Below are positions 20,164 through 28,626 of a stretch of 64,000 nt of DNA, in pieces. Position 1 is the first letter of the stretch. Each line of letters starts with the position of its first letter. Location of the stretch: the IMG/VR virus record IMGVR_UViG_3300030085_005071, positions 1 to 64,000 of that record. One strand, 5' to 3'. Position numbers and translations under genes: made by a program. The notes under the pieces were generated by a model. It was not told the origin of the DNA. It saw only the letters and a program-made list of their open reading frames with translations, and did no database searches. The DNA is from an uncultured virus (IMG/VR IMGVR_UViG_3300030085_005071) (lineage: Duplodnaviria > Heunggongvirae > Uroviricota > Caudoviricetes).

Positions 20164-20441
20164 TGAAAGCAAAAATAGTCTTTAATGGTAAAGAAACAGA
20201 GAAAAGCTTAGATAAGATCCAGGAACATGTTAATACAAAAGGCACGTTCTCTGGATCGATCGATATTAGAAGGCTTAATCTTGACATAACTGATCCTAGT
20301 TTTGCATATTATTTTTCTAATGTAAATTCTTCAGAGTTTGATTATTATTTAAATATCTTTAAAAAAGAAAAAAACAATTTAAATAACAAAGAGGTGACCT
20401 TTGAAATTCAAACAAATGATGCAATTACAGCAGCAATATAA
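20160..20441 (+). CDS. hypothetical protein
   Basis: Coupled ORF, 93 aa. Confidence 0.5.
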   Translation: MMKAKIVFNGKETEKSLDKIQEHVNTKGTFSGSIDIRRLNLDITDPSFAYYFSNVNSSEFDYYLNIFKKEKNNLNNKEVTFEIQTNDAITAAI

Positions 20442-21336
20442 TAATAAAATTGTTGGAAGATCAGATCAATTATCACAAGCCCTTAAAGAAAAAATCACAC
20501 AAGATAACGTTTTGTGCGCACACGCAGAATTAAGCGCATTAGTAAATGCAACGCACTACAAAAATCATCACACACATTCAGAGCCTTTAGCAAATAGAAG
20601 AACTGTGTTGTATGAAACTGTTGATGTTATTAGATACATGCTTGCAACTTTAAACACATGGGGCATAACATCCAAAGAGTTTGAAAATGCTTTTAATAAA
20701 AAAGACATATACCTTAATAAGCATCATGAATTACAACAGAAAAAGTGGGAAGGCCAACCAGTTGCGATTGTAGATATTGATGACGTCTTGGCAAACTTCC
20801 GCGCAGGTTTTTCTGAGTGGCTTCACAAGAAGTTTGATGTTGAAGCTGATGTAGATTCTAAGGAATATTACTTCATCACAGCACTGTCAAAGATCAATCT
20901 TAATTCTGAATCAGTTTTTAAAATGTTTCTTGATGACGAAGGTTTCGCAAAACTATCTGTCGATACTGATAATTTAGAACTTTTGTGGCAGTTAAAACAT
21001 AAAGGATACTGGATTCACCTTTTGACAGCACGCCCACAAGAAGAATTGCAGTGTCTGTATGACACGTATTTTTGGATCTGGCAACAAAGCATTCCTTGCG
21101 ATGCAATCAGCTTTTCACCTGAAAAGTTTAGATGGTGTGCAAAATCAAGATATTACGATGCAGGTGCAATCAAATTTGCAATTGATGATGCTCCTAAACA
21201 CGCTGAAGATTATGCTAAACACGGAATTAAATGTTTAGTACCACTTAAGCCTTATAATGAGCACTTAAAGCATGAAAATATTTTTCACTTTAATAGTTAT
21301 CATGAATCAATTAGTGCAATTAAGGAGATAGAATGA
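20401..21336 (+). CDS. fusion of a MazG/dUTPase-like domain and a HAD 5'(3')-deoxyribonucleotidase
   Basis: AELSAL...YKNH...LYETVDVIRY; then VDIDDVL, LLTARP, K, AIDD. Confidence 0.75.
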   Translation: MKFKQMMQLQQQYNNKIVGRSDQLSQALKEKITQDNVLCAHAELSALVNATHYKNHHTHSEPLANRRTVLYETVDVIRYMLATLNTWGITSKEFENAFNKKDIYLNKHHELQQKKWEGQPVAIVDIDDVLANFRAGFSEWLHKKFDVEADVDSKEYYFITALSKINLNSESVFKMFLDDEGFAKLSVDTDNLELLWQLKHKGYWIHLLTARPQEELQCLYDTYFWIWQQSIPCDAISFSPEKFRWCAKSRYYDAGAIKFAIDDAPKHAEDYAKHGIKCLVPLKPYNEHLKHENIFHFNSYHESISAIKEIE

Positions 21337-21563
21337 TAATATTTTTTATGACATTGTTGGCTTTTAGTCAAGAAACTGATAGAGAAATACGATATCAAAA
21401 AGAAACAGAGATTGATTTTGATGCGCTCGAACTAACTGGTGAAATGGTAAAACCCCAGGGTGCTTTAATTATTGAGAGAAGTGAAGTTAAGTTTAATCCT
21501 TTGATTGAGCTTAGATTAGACTTTGATCCGGAAATGGCGGCGTCTGTCACTTTAATCAAATAA
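21333..21563 (+). CDS. CglF/GltF-like secreted protein (myxobacterial gliding motility family)
   Basis: Signal peptide, then YQKETEIDFDALELTGEMVKPQG...R...FNPLI.LR.DF.PE. Confidence 0.65.
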   Translation: MIIFFMTLLAFSQETDREIRYQKETEIDFDALELTGEMVKPQGALIIERSEVKFNPLIELRLDFDPEMAASVTLIK

Positions 21564-21587
21564 AAAATTAAAGAGTAAATAATTTTT

Positions 21588-21626
21588 AAGCGCTATTTTG
21601 TAATAGTGCTTTTTTTGTTGTATTAT
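21588..21626 (+). promoter_or_regulatory. terminator hairpin carrying a class A promoter (TTGTAA-17-TATTAT)
   Basis: aagcgctatt/aatagtgctt plus T-run; TTGTAA 21598-21603, TATTAT 21621-21626. Confidence 0.65.
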
Positions 21627-21660
21627 AGTAAAGTAAAAATTAATAAAACAAGGAGATTCT

Positions 21661-22644
21661 ATGCCACAAAATTTAGATTTAAAACCTGTTGACTTGCCAA
21701 TGGAATTAAAGTTTGGACAAGAACCAAAAACAGATTTCTTTAATAATCTTGCACATCTTAAGGTAGAACTTATCGACGCGCCTACTAGGTCACAAGCACT
21801 CAACGTCGCTTGGCAATATGTCAAAGCAACCTGGGCTGATCATCACGATGACACAAATCCAGCAACTGCTTCTCTACGAGAGCAATCAGCAAACCTAGAG
21901 GACGTACTTTGTTTTCGTGCCCTTCCAACGCCTATGGAGTGTTTAGGTTTTACTTTTAAGCTAAGCGGTCTCTCTTTTCAAGAAGTGACCCACATCATTC
22001 GACACCGAGCCGGTTCTTTTGCAGCACAGTGCACCGGTGATCGAGATTTGCGTGATGATCCTGCTGTTATTCCTGAGGCAGTTCAGAATTCACCTGAGTT
22101 TTTGGCTAGATACAAAAGAATTGTTCGTGAATCAAAGCAACTCTATGCTGATATGACAGATTCAAAAGTTGTGTCAATGATGGATGCAAGAATGATTCTT
22201 CCAAAGGCAATGACATCATTCTATCTGATGCGACTTAATCTTAAAGATTTATTAGGTTTTATTGCACAGCGTCAAGACATGCAAATTCAACCTGCAGCTG
22301 ATAATTTACTTGCCGCTTACATGGCGCGTGAAATTTTAAAGGTTTTACCTGAAGCATCAGCACGTATCGATTTTAACAAGCCAGATATGCACTACATTAA
22401 AACGTTCCGCGTGCCTGATGGTAAAGGTGGTGAAACATCACGAGGTACAAATCTGTACTGGCCTGAACCTAAGAACGACAAGTTTGATTATCACCCTAAC
22501 GATACAATTTATCAGTCACGTCGCGAGGACATCAACGGTACACACAACCCTGGTGGTGAAACAGTTTTCACAAAGCTTTGGAATGAAACATTATCAGAAA
22601 TCGATGAGATTAAAAATAACTATAATGATTTCATGGGGAGGTAG
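21661..22644 (+). CDS. thyX: divergent flavin-dependent thymidylate synthase (ThyX-like)
   Basis: TPME..FTF.L.G.S, HIIRHRAGSFAAQC, DARMILP, NLKDL..F..QR. Confidence 0.75.
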   Translation: MPQNLDLKPVDLPMELKFGQEPKTDFFNNLAHLKVELIDAPTRSQALNVAWQYVKATWADHHDDTNPATASLREQSANLEDVLCFRALPTPMECLGFTFKLSGLSFQEVTHIIRHRAGSFAAQCTGDRDLRDDPAVIPEAVQNSPEFLARYKRIVRESKQLYADMTDSKVVSMMDARMILPKAMTSFYLMRLNLKDLLGFIAQRQDMQIQPAADNLLAAYMAREILKVLPEASARIDFNKPDMHYIKTFRVPDGKGGETSRGTNLYWPEPKNDKFDYHPNDTIYQSRREDINGTHNPGGETVFTKLWNETLSEIDEIKNNYNDFMGR

Positions 22645-22652
22645 TTTCCAAA

Positions 22653-22958
22653 ATGAACAATGAGGAAAACAATCCTTTCGTTGTCCTGTCTAATTTATTT
22701 GTTGAAAATCAAAGGCAGTTTAATGTAAAAGCGAAAGACTTACAAGGTAGAATCAAAGTACTTGAAAAAAAGCTGTCTAAATTAAATGCGCAATTGGAAA
22801 ATGATATTTTTACTGCAGATTTAATTGCTTTATTAAGCGTGCAAGAAGAGGCAGCACTAATATTAAACGTTGCAAAAGAATTAGAATTTCAACGAGATCA
22901 GATCTTTAATTCAGTAGAAACTTTAAAACAATCAAAAAGAGTAAAATTAAATAAGTAA
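22653..22958 (+). CDS. coiled-coil hypothetical protein
   Basis: Heptad pattern, 101 aa. Confidence 0.6.
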   Translation: MNNEENNPFVVLSNLFVENQRQFNVKAKDLQGRIKVLEKKLSKLNAQLENDIFTADLIALLSVQEEAALILNVAKELEFQRDQIFNSVETLKQSKRVKLNK

Positions 22959-22968
22959 GGAGAACAAT

Positions 22969-23418
22969 ATGAGTTTTGGAAAAGTTTATTTAGCAAGTGG
23001 CTGGTTTTCACCAGAATGGCTAGAAGAGGTGGAGAATATTAAGTCAGTTTTTGACAAACACGGTGTGAGTTATTTCTCACCAAAAGATGAAAATCTGTGT
23101 GACAATGATGCAAATGAGTCAATGCAAGATCAGATCTTTAGCGGTAACATCAAACACTTGCATGAGTGCGACTGGATGCTGTGCAACACACGAAATAAAG
23201 ATATGGGAAGTATCTTTGAAGCGGGTTATATGAATTGCTTAGAAAAGCCAATTGTATATTTCTGTGACGGTCTTCCGCCAGGTGCACAATTTAATCTTAT
23301 GCTAGCAGCTAGCGGTATCAAGGTTTGCAGATCGCTGGAAGACCTAGATGTTTATCTTGCACAGTGTAAAGTAACAGAAAGACTAGTTATCGATCGATAT
23401 GTAGGCGAAATTGAGTAA
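22969..23418 (+). CDS. nucleoside 2'-deoxyribosyltransferase / nucleotide N-glycosidase family (NDT/Rcl/MilB)
   Basis: VYLASGWF, YFSP, DMGSIFEAGY, FNLML. Confidence 0.85.
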   Translation: MSFGKVYLASGWFSPEWLEEVENIKSVFDKHGVSYFSPKDENLCDNDANESMQDQIFSGNIKHLHECDWMLCNTRNKDMGSIFEAGYMNCLEKPIVYFCDGLPPGAQFNLMLAASGIKVCRSLEDLDVYLAQCKVTERLVIDRYVGEIE

Positions 23419-23448
23419 ACCTTAAAATTAATCTAGATAATATGTGCG

Positions 23449-23482
23449 GGTCAGAATAATTAATTCTGACCTTTTTATTTTT
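23449..23482 (+). terminator. intrinsic terminator with a class B motif ATAATTA in its loop
   Basis: ggtcagaat/attctgacc plus T-run; ATAATTA 23456-23462. Confidence 0.7.
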
Positions 23483-23494
23483 TAGGAGAAAAGA

Positions 23495-24487
23495 ATGAGA
23501 TTATCTAGAAGACAACTACGCCGACTTATTGAGTCAGCTTTACACGAACAAACTGCAAGAAACCCAGCAGCAGATCTAGCCGGATCAGCAGACGGTTTAA
23601 GTGGCGGAGGAGAAGCCGGAAGCATAGGCAGTATAAATACTGGCCGCCGAAATTTGGCATTTCCCAAAACTTACACTTACAAAAACGACGGTTATACTTA
23701 TGTGGTAAAAAATGACCAATGGCATGTTATCAAAGGAAAAAAGAAAGTGGCATCCAGTTTGAGCGACCTTGTTAATTTGAAGAATTATCCAGATTCAATT
23801 GAAAACCTAGATAGGGAGCACCCTGAAGCAAGAACCAGAGATGCTCAAGAACAAACCTTTTTAGCAGGTCTGGATGGTGGCAGCGAGCCTGGCGGTGAGC
23901 AAGCTGTTAAAAAGTTTGAAGAGGTTAAAAAGTCAAGCAAAAAAGTTTTACCAATACTGAAAAGTATAAATTCTAGAATAGAAAAAGTTGAAAAACAACT
24001 TCGCGCCAAAAGTGCACGAAACCAAATTAGCATGATCGATTTAGATAAGCTGGATAATCTTGTAGACGCGTTGGATGATTTAACTGAATTAGCAAATTTA
24101 ACAATTTCAAATGCTGATCGTTCAACTGTAATTGATCCGGATCCTTTTTTAACCATGAATAAAAAATATATGCAGAAAATCCAACCTGCTGTAGAAGAAA
24201 TGGAAAAGCTCACAACAACATCAGCAGAGCCGCCTCTCAAACAAGCATCACCTACTATAAAAGGCGCTACAGGAACTCAACTTAACAAGATATTGGCAGA
24301 TATCCAAGAAGGTCTCTTTGACGCACTTAATGACATGAACGAAAAAGCCGAAGAGTTAAAAAAGATCCAGTCAGGAGGATCCTCAAATTCAGGCGGAAGC
24401 ACATCAGGCAGCAGTCAAGTTGCAGTGCAAAGAGAAGGCCTCAGCCGTGGCGAACTATATCGACGTCGCTACTGGGGAAGATACTAA
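23495..24487 (+). CDS. leader-tagged hypothetical protein with Arg-rich C-terminal tag
   Basis: MRLSRRQLRRLIESALHEQ ... EGLSRGELYRRRYWGRY. Confidence 0.8.
   Translation: MRLSRRQLRRLIESALHEQTARNPAADLAGSADGLSGGGEAGSIGSINTGRRNLAFPKTYTYKNDGYTYVVKNDQWHVIKGKKKVASSLSDLVNLKNYPDSIENLDREHPEARTRDAQEQTFLAGLDGGSEPGGEQAVKKFEEVKKSSKKVLPILKSINSRIEKVEKQLRAKSARNQISMIDLDKLDNLVDALDDLTELANLTISNADRSTVIDPDPFLTMNKKYMQKIQPAVEEMEKLTTTSAEPPLKQASPTIKGATGTQLNKILADIQEGLFDALNDMNEKAEELKKIQSGGSSNSGGSTSGSSQVAVQREGLSRGELYRRRYWGRY
24443..24487 (+). repeat. 45-nt direct repeat, copy 1 (encodes SRGELYRRRYWGRY*)
   Basis: 43/45 identical to 25751-25795. Confidence 0.95.
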
Positions 24488-24505
24488 CTTAAGGCTTGTG
24501 TTTTA

Positions 24506-25795
24506 ATGAGGTTAACAAAAAGACAATTAAGAAAGTTGATCAATGAGCAGTTTGGCCTTGATCCTGTAAGAGGGTTTAAGTCAATCCCGGATAAGCTTGA
24601 AACCGCGTATAACTTTTATGTTAAACATGGCCCATCCACATTTACCAAAGGGTATGAAGAAGCTAAGGAGATTGAGCAGGCCTTAAATAAAAAATTAGAA
24701 GTGCAGTTTGGTCTCTCAGCTGAAGAAGTAAAAGATAATACTTCTTCTGATAATGTCAAACTCATGAAACCAAATGCTGCAGCTGAAGATTATAGCGCAG
24801 ACGTGTCACCTGACGCCAAGCAATTATTGGATATTGACAAGAAGGCTGTTGAAAAATACAAGGGAAAATATAAGACTCATGAGCCTAGTGCAAGCAACAG
24901 CTACGATTACGTAGAATTAGGCGAAGACGGTATTCTTACATTTTACAATTCTTATCGATATAGACAACCTTTAGAAGCCGGTAAAATAACAGTTCTTGAC
25001 ACTTCAGAAACTGCCTTGTCATGGTTAAATTGGTTCTCTAAAAATCAAGACAAGAAAATAACTAAAAAAGAAGTTGAACCTGAAGCTGCATCTACACCTG
25101 GTGCTTCCAAAGCTGCAGTTTCAAAAAAAGGCGGAAAGTACAACGCTAAAACAGAAGGCATCCAGAAAATCATTGATCCAAACGCGAAACACACCAAAGC
25201 AGACGGCCAATGGGGAAAGGGTACACAAAGAGCATGGGAAGAATACGTCAGCTCTAGTGAATTTGAGTTGGCAATGGGCAAGACTTATCCAAATGTTTCT
25301 GATGAAGAAACAATGAATATCATCGATGGATTACCTAAGAAAGCAACTATAGTCAAAAAATTAGGTTATAAAGCTAACACAAGCGGCGTGCTTTCTTTCT
25401 TGCAAGATGTCAGTGATGATGAAATAATCCGTACGGATATAAAACTAGGTGACGTAACTTCCGGTAGCGACAAGGCCGCGTTAGAGAAAGTAATTGACGG
25501 TTCAGAAATGCCTGACGATAAATTTATTGAGGATGTAGATGCTGATTTGTTTGGTGAGAAGCTGAAAGGTGAAAAGCCTAAGAATAAAGACCGCTTAATT
25601 AATAAACTAGCAGACGCTTACAGAGACCGCAGAGACGAAAAGCAAAAGAAGCGACTAGCTAAGAAAGTTAGAAGAATGCTCAAAGATGACCCAAAAGCTC
25701 TGGCAGCGTTTAACGCAGCAACAAAAAGTGTCGGCCTTGAGGAATCATTAAGCCGTGGCGAACTATATCGCCGTCGCTACTGGGGAAGATATTAA
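24506..25795 (+). CDS. leader-tagged protein with degenerate peptidoglycan-binding motif and Arg-rich C-terminal tag
   Basis: MRLTKRQLRKLINEQ; IQKII...ADGQWGKGTQRAW; ESLSRGELYRRRYWGRY. Confidence 0.8.
   Translation: MRLTKRQLRKLINEQFGLDPVRGFKSIPDKLETAYNFYVKHGPSTFTKGYEEAKEIEQALNKKLEVQFGLSAEEVKDNTSSDNVKLMKPNAAAEDYSADVSPDAKQLLDIDKKAVEKYKGKYKTHEPSASNSYDYVELGEDGILTFYNSYRYRQPLEAGKITVLDTSETALSWLNWFSKNQDKKITKKEVEPEAASTPGASKAAVSKKGGKYNAKTEGIQKIIDPNAKHTKADGQWGKGTQRAWEEYVSSSEFELAMGKTYPNVSDEETMNIIDGLPKKATIVKKLGYKANTSGVLSFLQDVSDDEIIRTDIKLGDVTSGSDKAALEKVIDGSEMPDDKFIEDVDADLFGEKLKGEKPKNKDRLINKLADAYRDRRDEKQKKRLAKKVRRMLKDDPKALAAFNAATKSVGLEESLSRGELYRRRYWGRY
25751..25795 (+). repeat. 45-nt direct repeat, copy 2
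   Basis: agccgtggcgaactatatcgccgtcgctactggggaagatattaa. Confidence 0.95.
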
Positions 25796-25810
25796 AATAT
25801 CTTTTAAATA

Positions 25811-26929
25811 TTAACGTAATTGACGACGTATACTGTTTCTAATTAATCTTCTAATATTTGATTCATTAAGACGGTATACGTTTTCATTTTTAGGTTCTTT
25901 ACTCGCTGCTTTTGCGGTTGTTCTTTTAAGGGCAGTACCACCTTTTTGTGCATCCTGTAGATGTGTTGTGGTGTAAATAAAGTCTTGGTTCGAGGTCACG
26001 TCATCTGTAAGATCCTTGATTGTCTTTTTCATCTCAGGGCTTATATTAGCACCAGTGACTGGTACATTGCGAGCCACACCTTTTGCTTTATCTGAGAACA
26101 TGGCTGTAATTGTTTGACGACCAACCACACCATCTTTTGATAATTTGTTTTTCTCCTGGAATTCCTCAACCGCTTCTTTTGTCTTAGGCCCAAACTTCCC
26201 GTCAACGTCAGCGCCTAATTTCATTTGAACAGCCATAACTTGCATCTTTTTTTCATTTGTACTAGCGTTCATCCCTTGCTTGAGCATCGCTCCTGACTTA
26301 CCTGCTAGGGTATCTTTAAATAGATCCTTGCCACTGACGTTCTGATCATCAATGCCTGGGACGTCTCTAAATTTTATATCCCATATTGGATCAACTTTGC
26401 TGTGAGGAACAACTTTTTGTTTTACTCTTTTTCTGACTACGGCCTGACCACCTTTTCCAACTGTCCCTTTATAGTCCGGGTCACTTGTTGTTCTTTTTGT
26501 TGCAAGAAATGTACCGTCTTTAGTATTTGCTTTCTCAATCGCTTCTGGGTCTCTGGCATATATTTGTGCTTTCTCTAATTCTTTTTCCTTAGCTTTTCCT
26601 GAATAGTAATTTGCACGTCTTTTCTCTGCACGTTTAACGATTTGATCGATCATAGACGTCACAGCGTCAACACGTCCTTTTTCAATTAAAGATTTGATTA
26701 TATTAGCAACACTACCAACAAATAAGCGCGTGTCGTTTGATATGCGTTTATCATCCTTGAAAAGTTTTACTAATTTTCCATATTCTTTTTCAAAACCTTC
26801 TACACCTTTTTCTTCTAATGCGATATCTTGAATTCTAACAACTAACGCGTTATTTTGATCTGCTTGTCCGTAATTGTCTGGATCGTTTAGCAGCTTATCG
26901 AGTGCTTGCCTATTTTGTCTTCTACTCAT
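25811..26929 (-). CDS. peptidoglycan-binding-domain protein with a C-terminal copy of the tag
   Basis: VQMKLGADVDGKFGPKTKEAVEEFQEKNKLSKDGVVGRQT; ends RLNESNIRRLIRNSIRRQLR; AGGAG RBS. Confidence 0.8.
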   Translation of the reverse strand: MSRRQNRQALDKLLNDPDNYGQADQNNALVVRIQDIALEEKGVEGFEKEYGKLVKLFKDDKRISNDTRLFVGSVANIIKSLIEKGRVDAVTSMIDQIVKRAEKRRANYYSGKAKEKELEKAQIYARDPEAIEKANTKDGTFLATKRTTSDPDYKGTVGKGGQAVVRKRVKQKVVPHSKVDPIWDIKFRDVPGIDDQNVSGKDLFKDTLAGKSGAMLKQGMNASTNEKKMQVMAVQMKLGADVDGKFGPKTKEAVEEFQEKNKLSKDGVVGRQTITAMFSDKAKGVARNVPVTGANISPEMKKTIKDLTDDVTSNQDFIYTTTHLQDAQKGGTALKRTTAKAASKEPKNENVYRLNESNIRRLIRNSIRRQLR

Positions 26930-26950
26930 GAAGGTCTCCTATTTTGTATA

Positions 26951-26996
26951 TAAATATACAATAATTTGTGTAAAAATTTAAAATGTTAAGTACTTT
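26951..26996. promoter_or_regulatory. divergent promoters: class B ATATTTA (minus strand) and class A GTGTAA-17-TACTTT (plus strand)
   Basis: taaatat 26951-26957; GTGTAA 26968-26973, TACTTT 26991-26996. Confidence 0.5.
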
Positions 26997-27012
26997 TAAT
27001 AAAAAGGAGTGA

Positions 27013-28008
27013 TTGATGAAAAGAGTTTTTATAACAGGTGAGCGTGGTTTTATTGGAACAAACTTGGTAAAACGTGCCAAGCTGCATGGCTTTGAATTCG
27101 TGTCAGGTGTGCATGATATAAACGAAGATGCAGCTTTCGTATCTCAGCACACAACAGAAAAAGGTGAACCTTGTATCCATCGAAATGACGAAACTGCATG
27201 GCTAAAGTTTTTTGAGGTCAATGATATTAATTATGTCATTCACAATGCTGCGGTTGTTGGAACAGATGTTGTTGCTTTAAATGCCAAAGAATCAACACTC
27301 ACTAATGTGCAGGGTACTTTTAATATCTGCCGTGCTGCAAATAAATTAGGCATTCCTGTTTGTTATATGGGAACCACAGTTATTTATGATACGCCTAAAT
27401 ATCAAGAAACTGCTATCGTTGAGAATTCAGATCGAGGACCTAGTACTTTTTACGGCTGTCAGAAGCTATCAGGTGAGGAAATTGTTAAGTCACACTGTGA
27501 TAATTGGATGATTGTCCGTCCTCTCTTTGCATACGGTGGTGAAGGTGACATGAATTCTTTAATTGCAAAAACGATTTATGCAAAACTTAACGGTGTACCT
27601 AAGGTAAAAATGTTCCTTGATCCCACAAAGTTTAAGGACTACTTGCACGTTAATGACTACTGCGATGGTGTTTTTACTTGCATGAGCAGAAAAGAGTATT
27701 GGAATGATGATTATAATATCGCAGCAGAAACTCCTCTAGTCACTGGCGAGATCATTAAGCTGATGGACGAAGTATGCGGCCAGAGTTTCGCAGATACAAT
27801 AGAATGGCTGCCACAAACAGAATATATGGGTAATCATATCTTGTCATCAGAAAAAGCTAGGAATATAACTGGTTGGACACCAAAAATATCGTTAGCTGAA
27901 GGAATCCGCATGTCTTTTGAAAGTATCCTTAAGTCAGAAGGTTATAATCCTCTGCGTCATCTTGAAGAAGCAGAAGAACGAGGTGTTGACTTAACGGAAT
28001 ACTTCTGA
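27013..28008 (+). CDS. NAD-dependent nucleotide-sugar epimerase/dehydratase (extended SDR)
   Basis: ITGERGFIG, HNAA, YGCQK, DYLHVND. Confidence 0.88.
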   Translation: MMKRVFITGERGFIGTNLVKRAKLHGFEFVSGVHDINEDAAFVSQHTTEKGEPCIHRNDETAWLKFFEVNDINYVIHNAAVVGTDVVALNAKESTLTNVQGTFNICRAANKLGIPVCYMGTTVIYDTPKYQETAIVENSDRGPSTFYGCQKLSGEEIVKSHCDNWMIVRPLFAYGGEGDMNSLIAKTIYAKLNGVPKVKMFLDPTKFKDYLHVNDYCDGVFTCMSRKEYWNDDYNIAAETPLVTGEIIKLMDEVCGQSFADTIEWLPQTEYMGNHILSSEKARNITGWTPKISLAEGIRMSFESILKSEGYNPLRHLEEAEERGVDLTEYF

Positions 28009-28220
28009 TGGATGAGTTGCACGTAGGCGATTTAATTGAAACACTCTCTTATAAGGGCATGTCTATATATGGAATTGTTCTATCGTCAGTGAATCGATTC
28101 CACTACGAAGAGGTCAGAATTTTAACAGGGTCTAGAATAATGGCAGTTGTCTACGACGGTAACAAAGGCGGAATTAAATTAATTCAAAGGATCAATAATG
28201 AAAAAAGAACTACAAGATAA
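28008..28220 (+). CDS. small hypothetical protein
   Basis: Coupled; VGDLI motif. Confidence 0.55.
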   Translation: MDELHVGDLIETLSYKGMSIYGIVLSSVNRFHYEEVRILTGSRIMAVVYDGNKGGIKLIQRINNEKRTTR

Positions 28221-28602
28221 GCTGTTTGAAAAGTACCCAAAGATCTTTAAGCAGCGCGAGTTAGACAGGGCTGTGACCGCGATGTGTTATGGTATCTCTT
28301 GCGGTGACGGTTGGTACGTGCTGATCGATGAAATGTGTGGAAATATTCAAAATCGCATTGAGAACGTAAACAGGGGTAAACCTCCTGAAGAACATATCGA
28401 CTGTCAGGCAACTCAAGTAAAAGAGAAGTGGGGCGGCCTACGTTTTTATGTTCAAGGTAGCGATGATTTTATTGATGGAATTATTGACTTAGCAGAATCG
28501 ATGTCTTATCGAATCTGTTCTGAATGTGGTAATCAATCTATACCTCAAAAAAAACGTGGGTGGATATATACATTGTGTGATAATTGCAGGATTAATCAAT
28601 AA
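28198..28602 (+). CDS. conserved phage protein with Zn ribbon
   Basis: CGDGW..LI, QVKEKWGGLRFY, CSECG, TLCDNC. Confidence 0.75.
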   Translation: MKKELQDKLFEKYPKIFKQRELDRAVTAMCYGISCGDGWYVLIDEMCGNIQNRIENVNRGKPPEEHIDCQATQVKEKWGGLRFYVQGSDDFIDGIIDLAESMSYRICSECGNQSIPQKKRGWIYTLCDNCRINQ

Positions 28603-28626
28603 TTATAATCAGTATAAGGGTTAATT

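Noticed and set aside
24443..25795. The 45-nt repeat as a DGR template/variable pair, CRISPR repeat or att site
   Set aside because: There are only two copies, both in-frame coding with synonymous differences, and no RT, cas or integrase gene is in the window.
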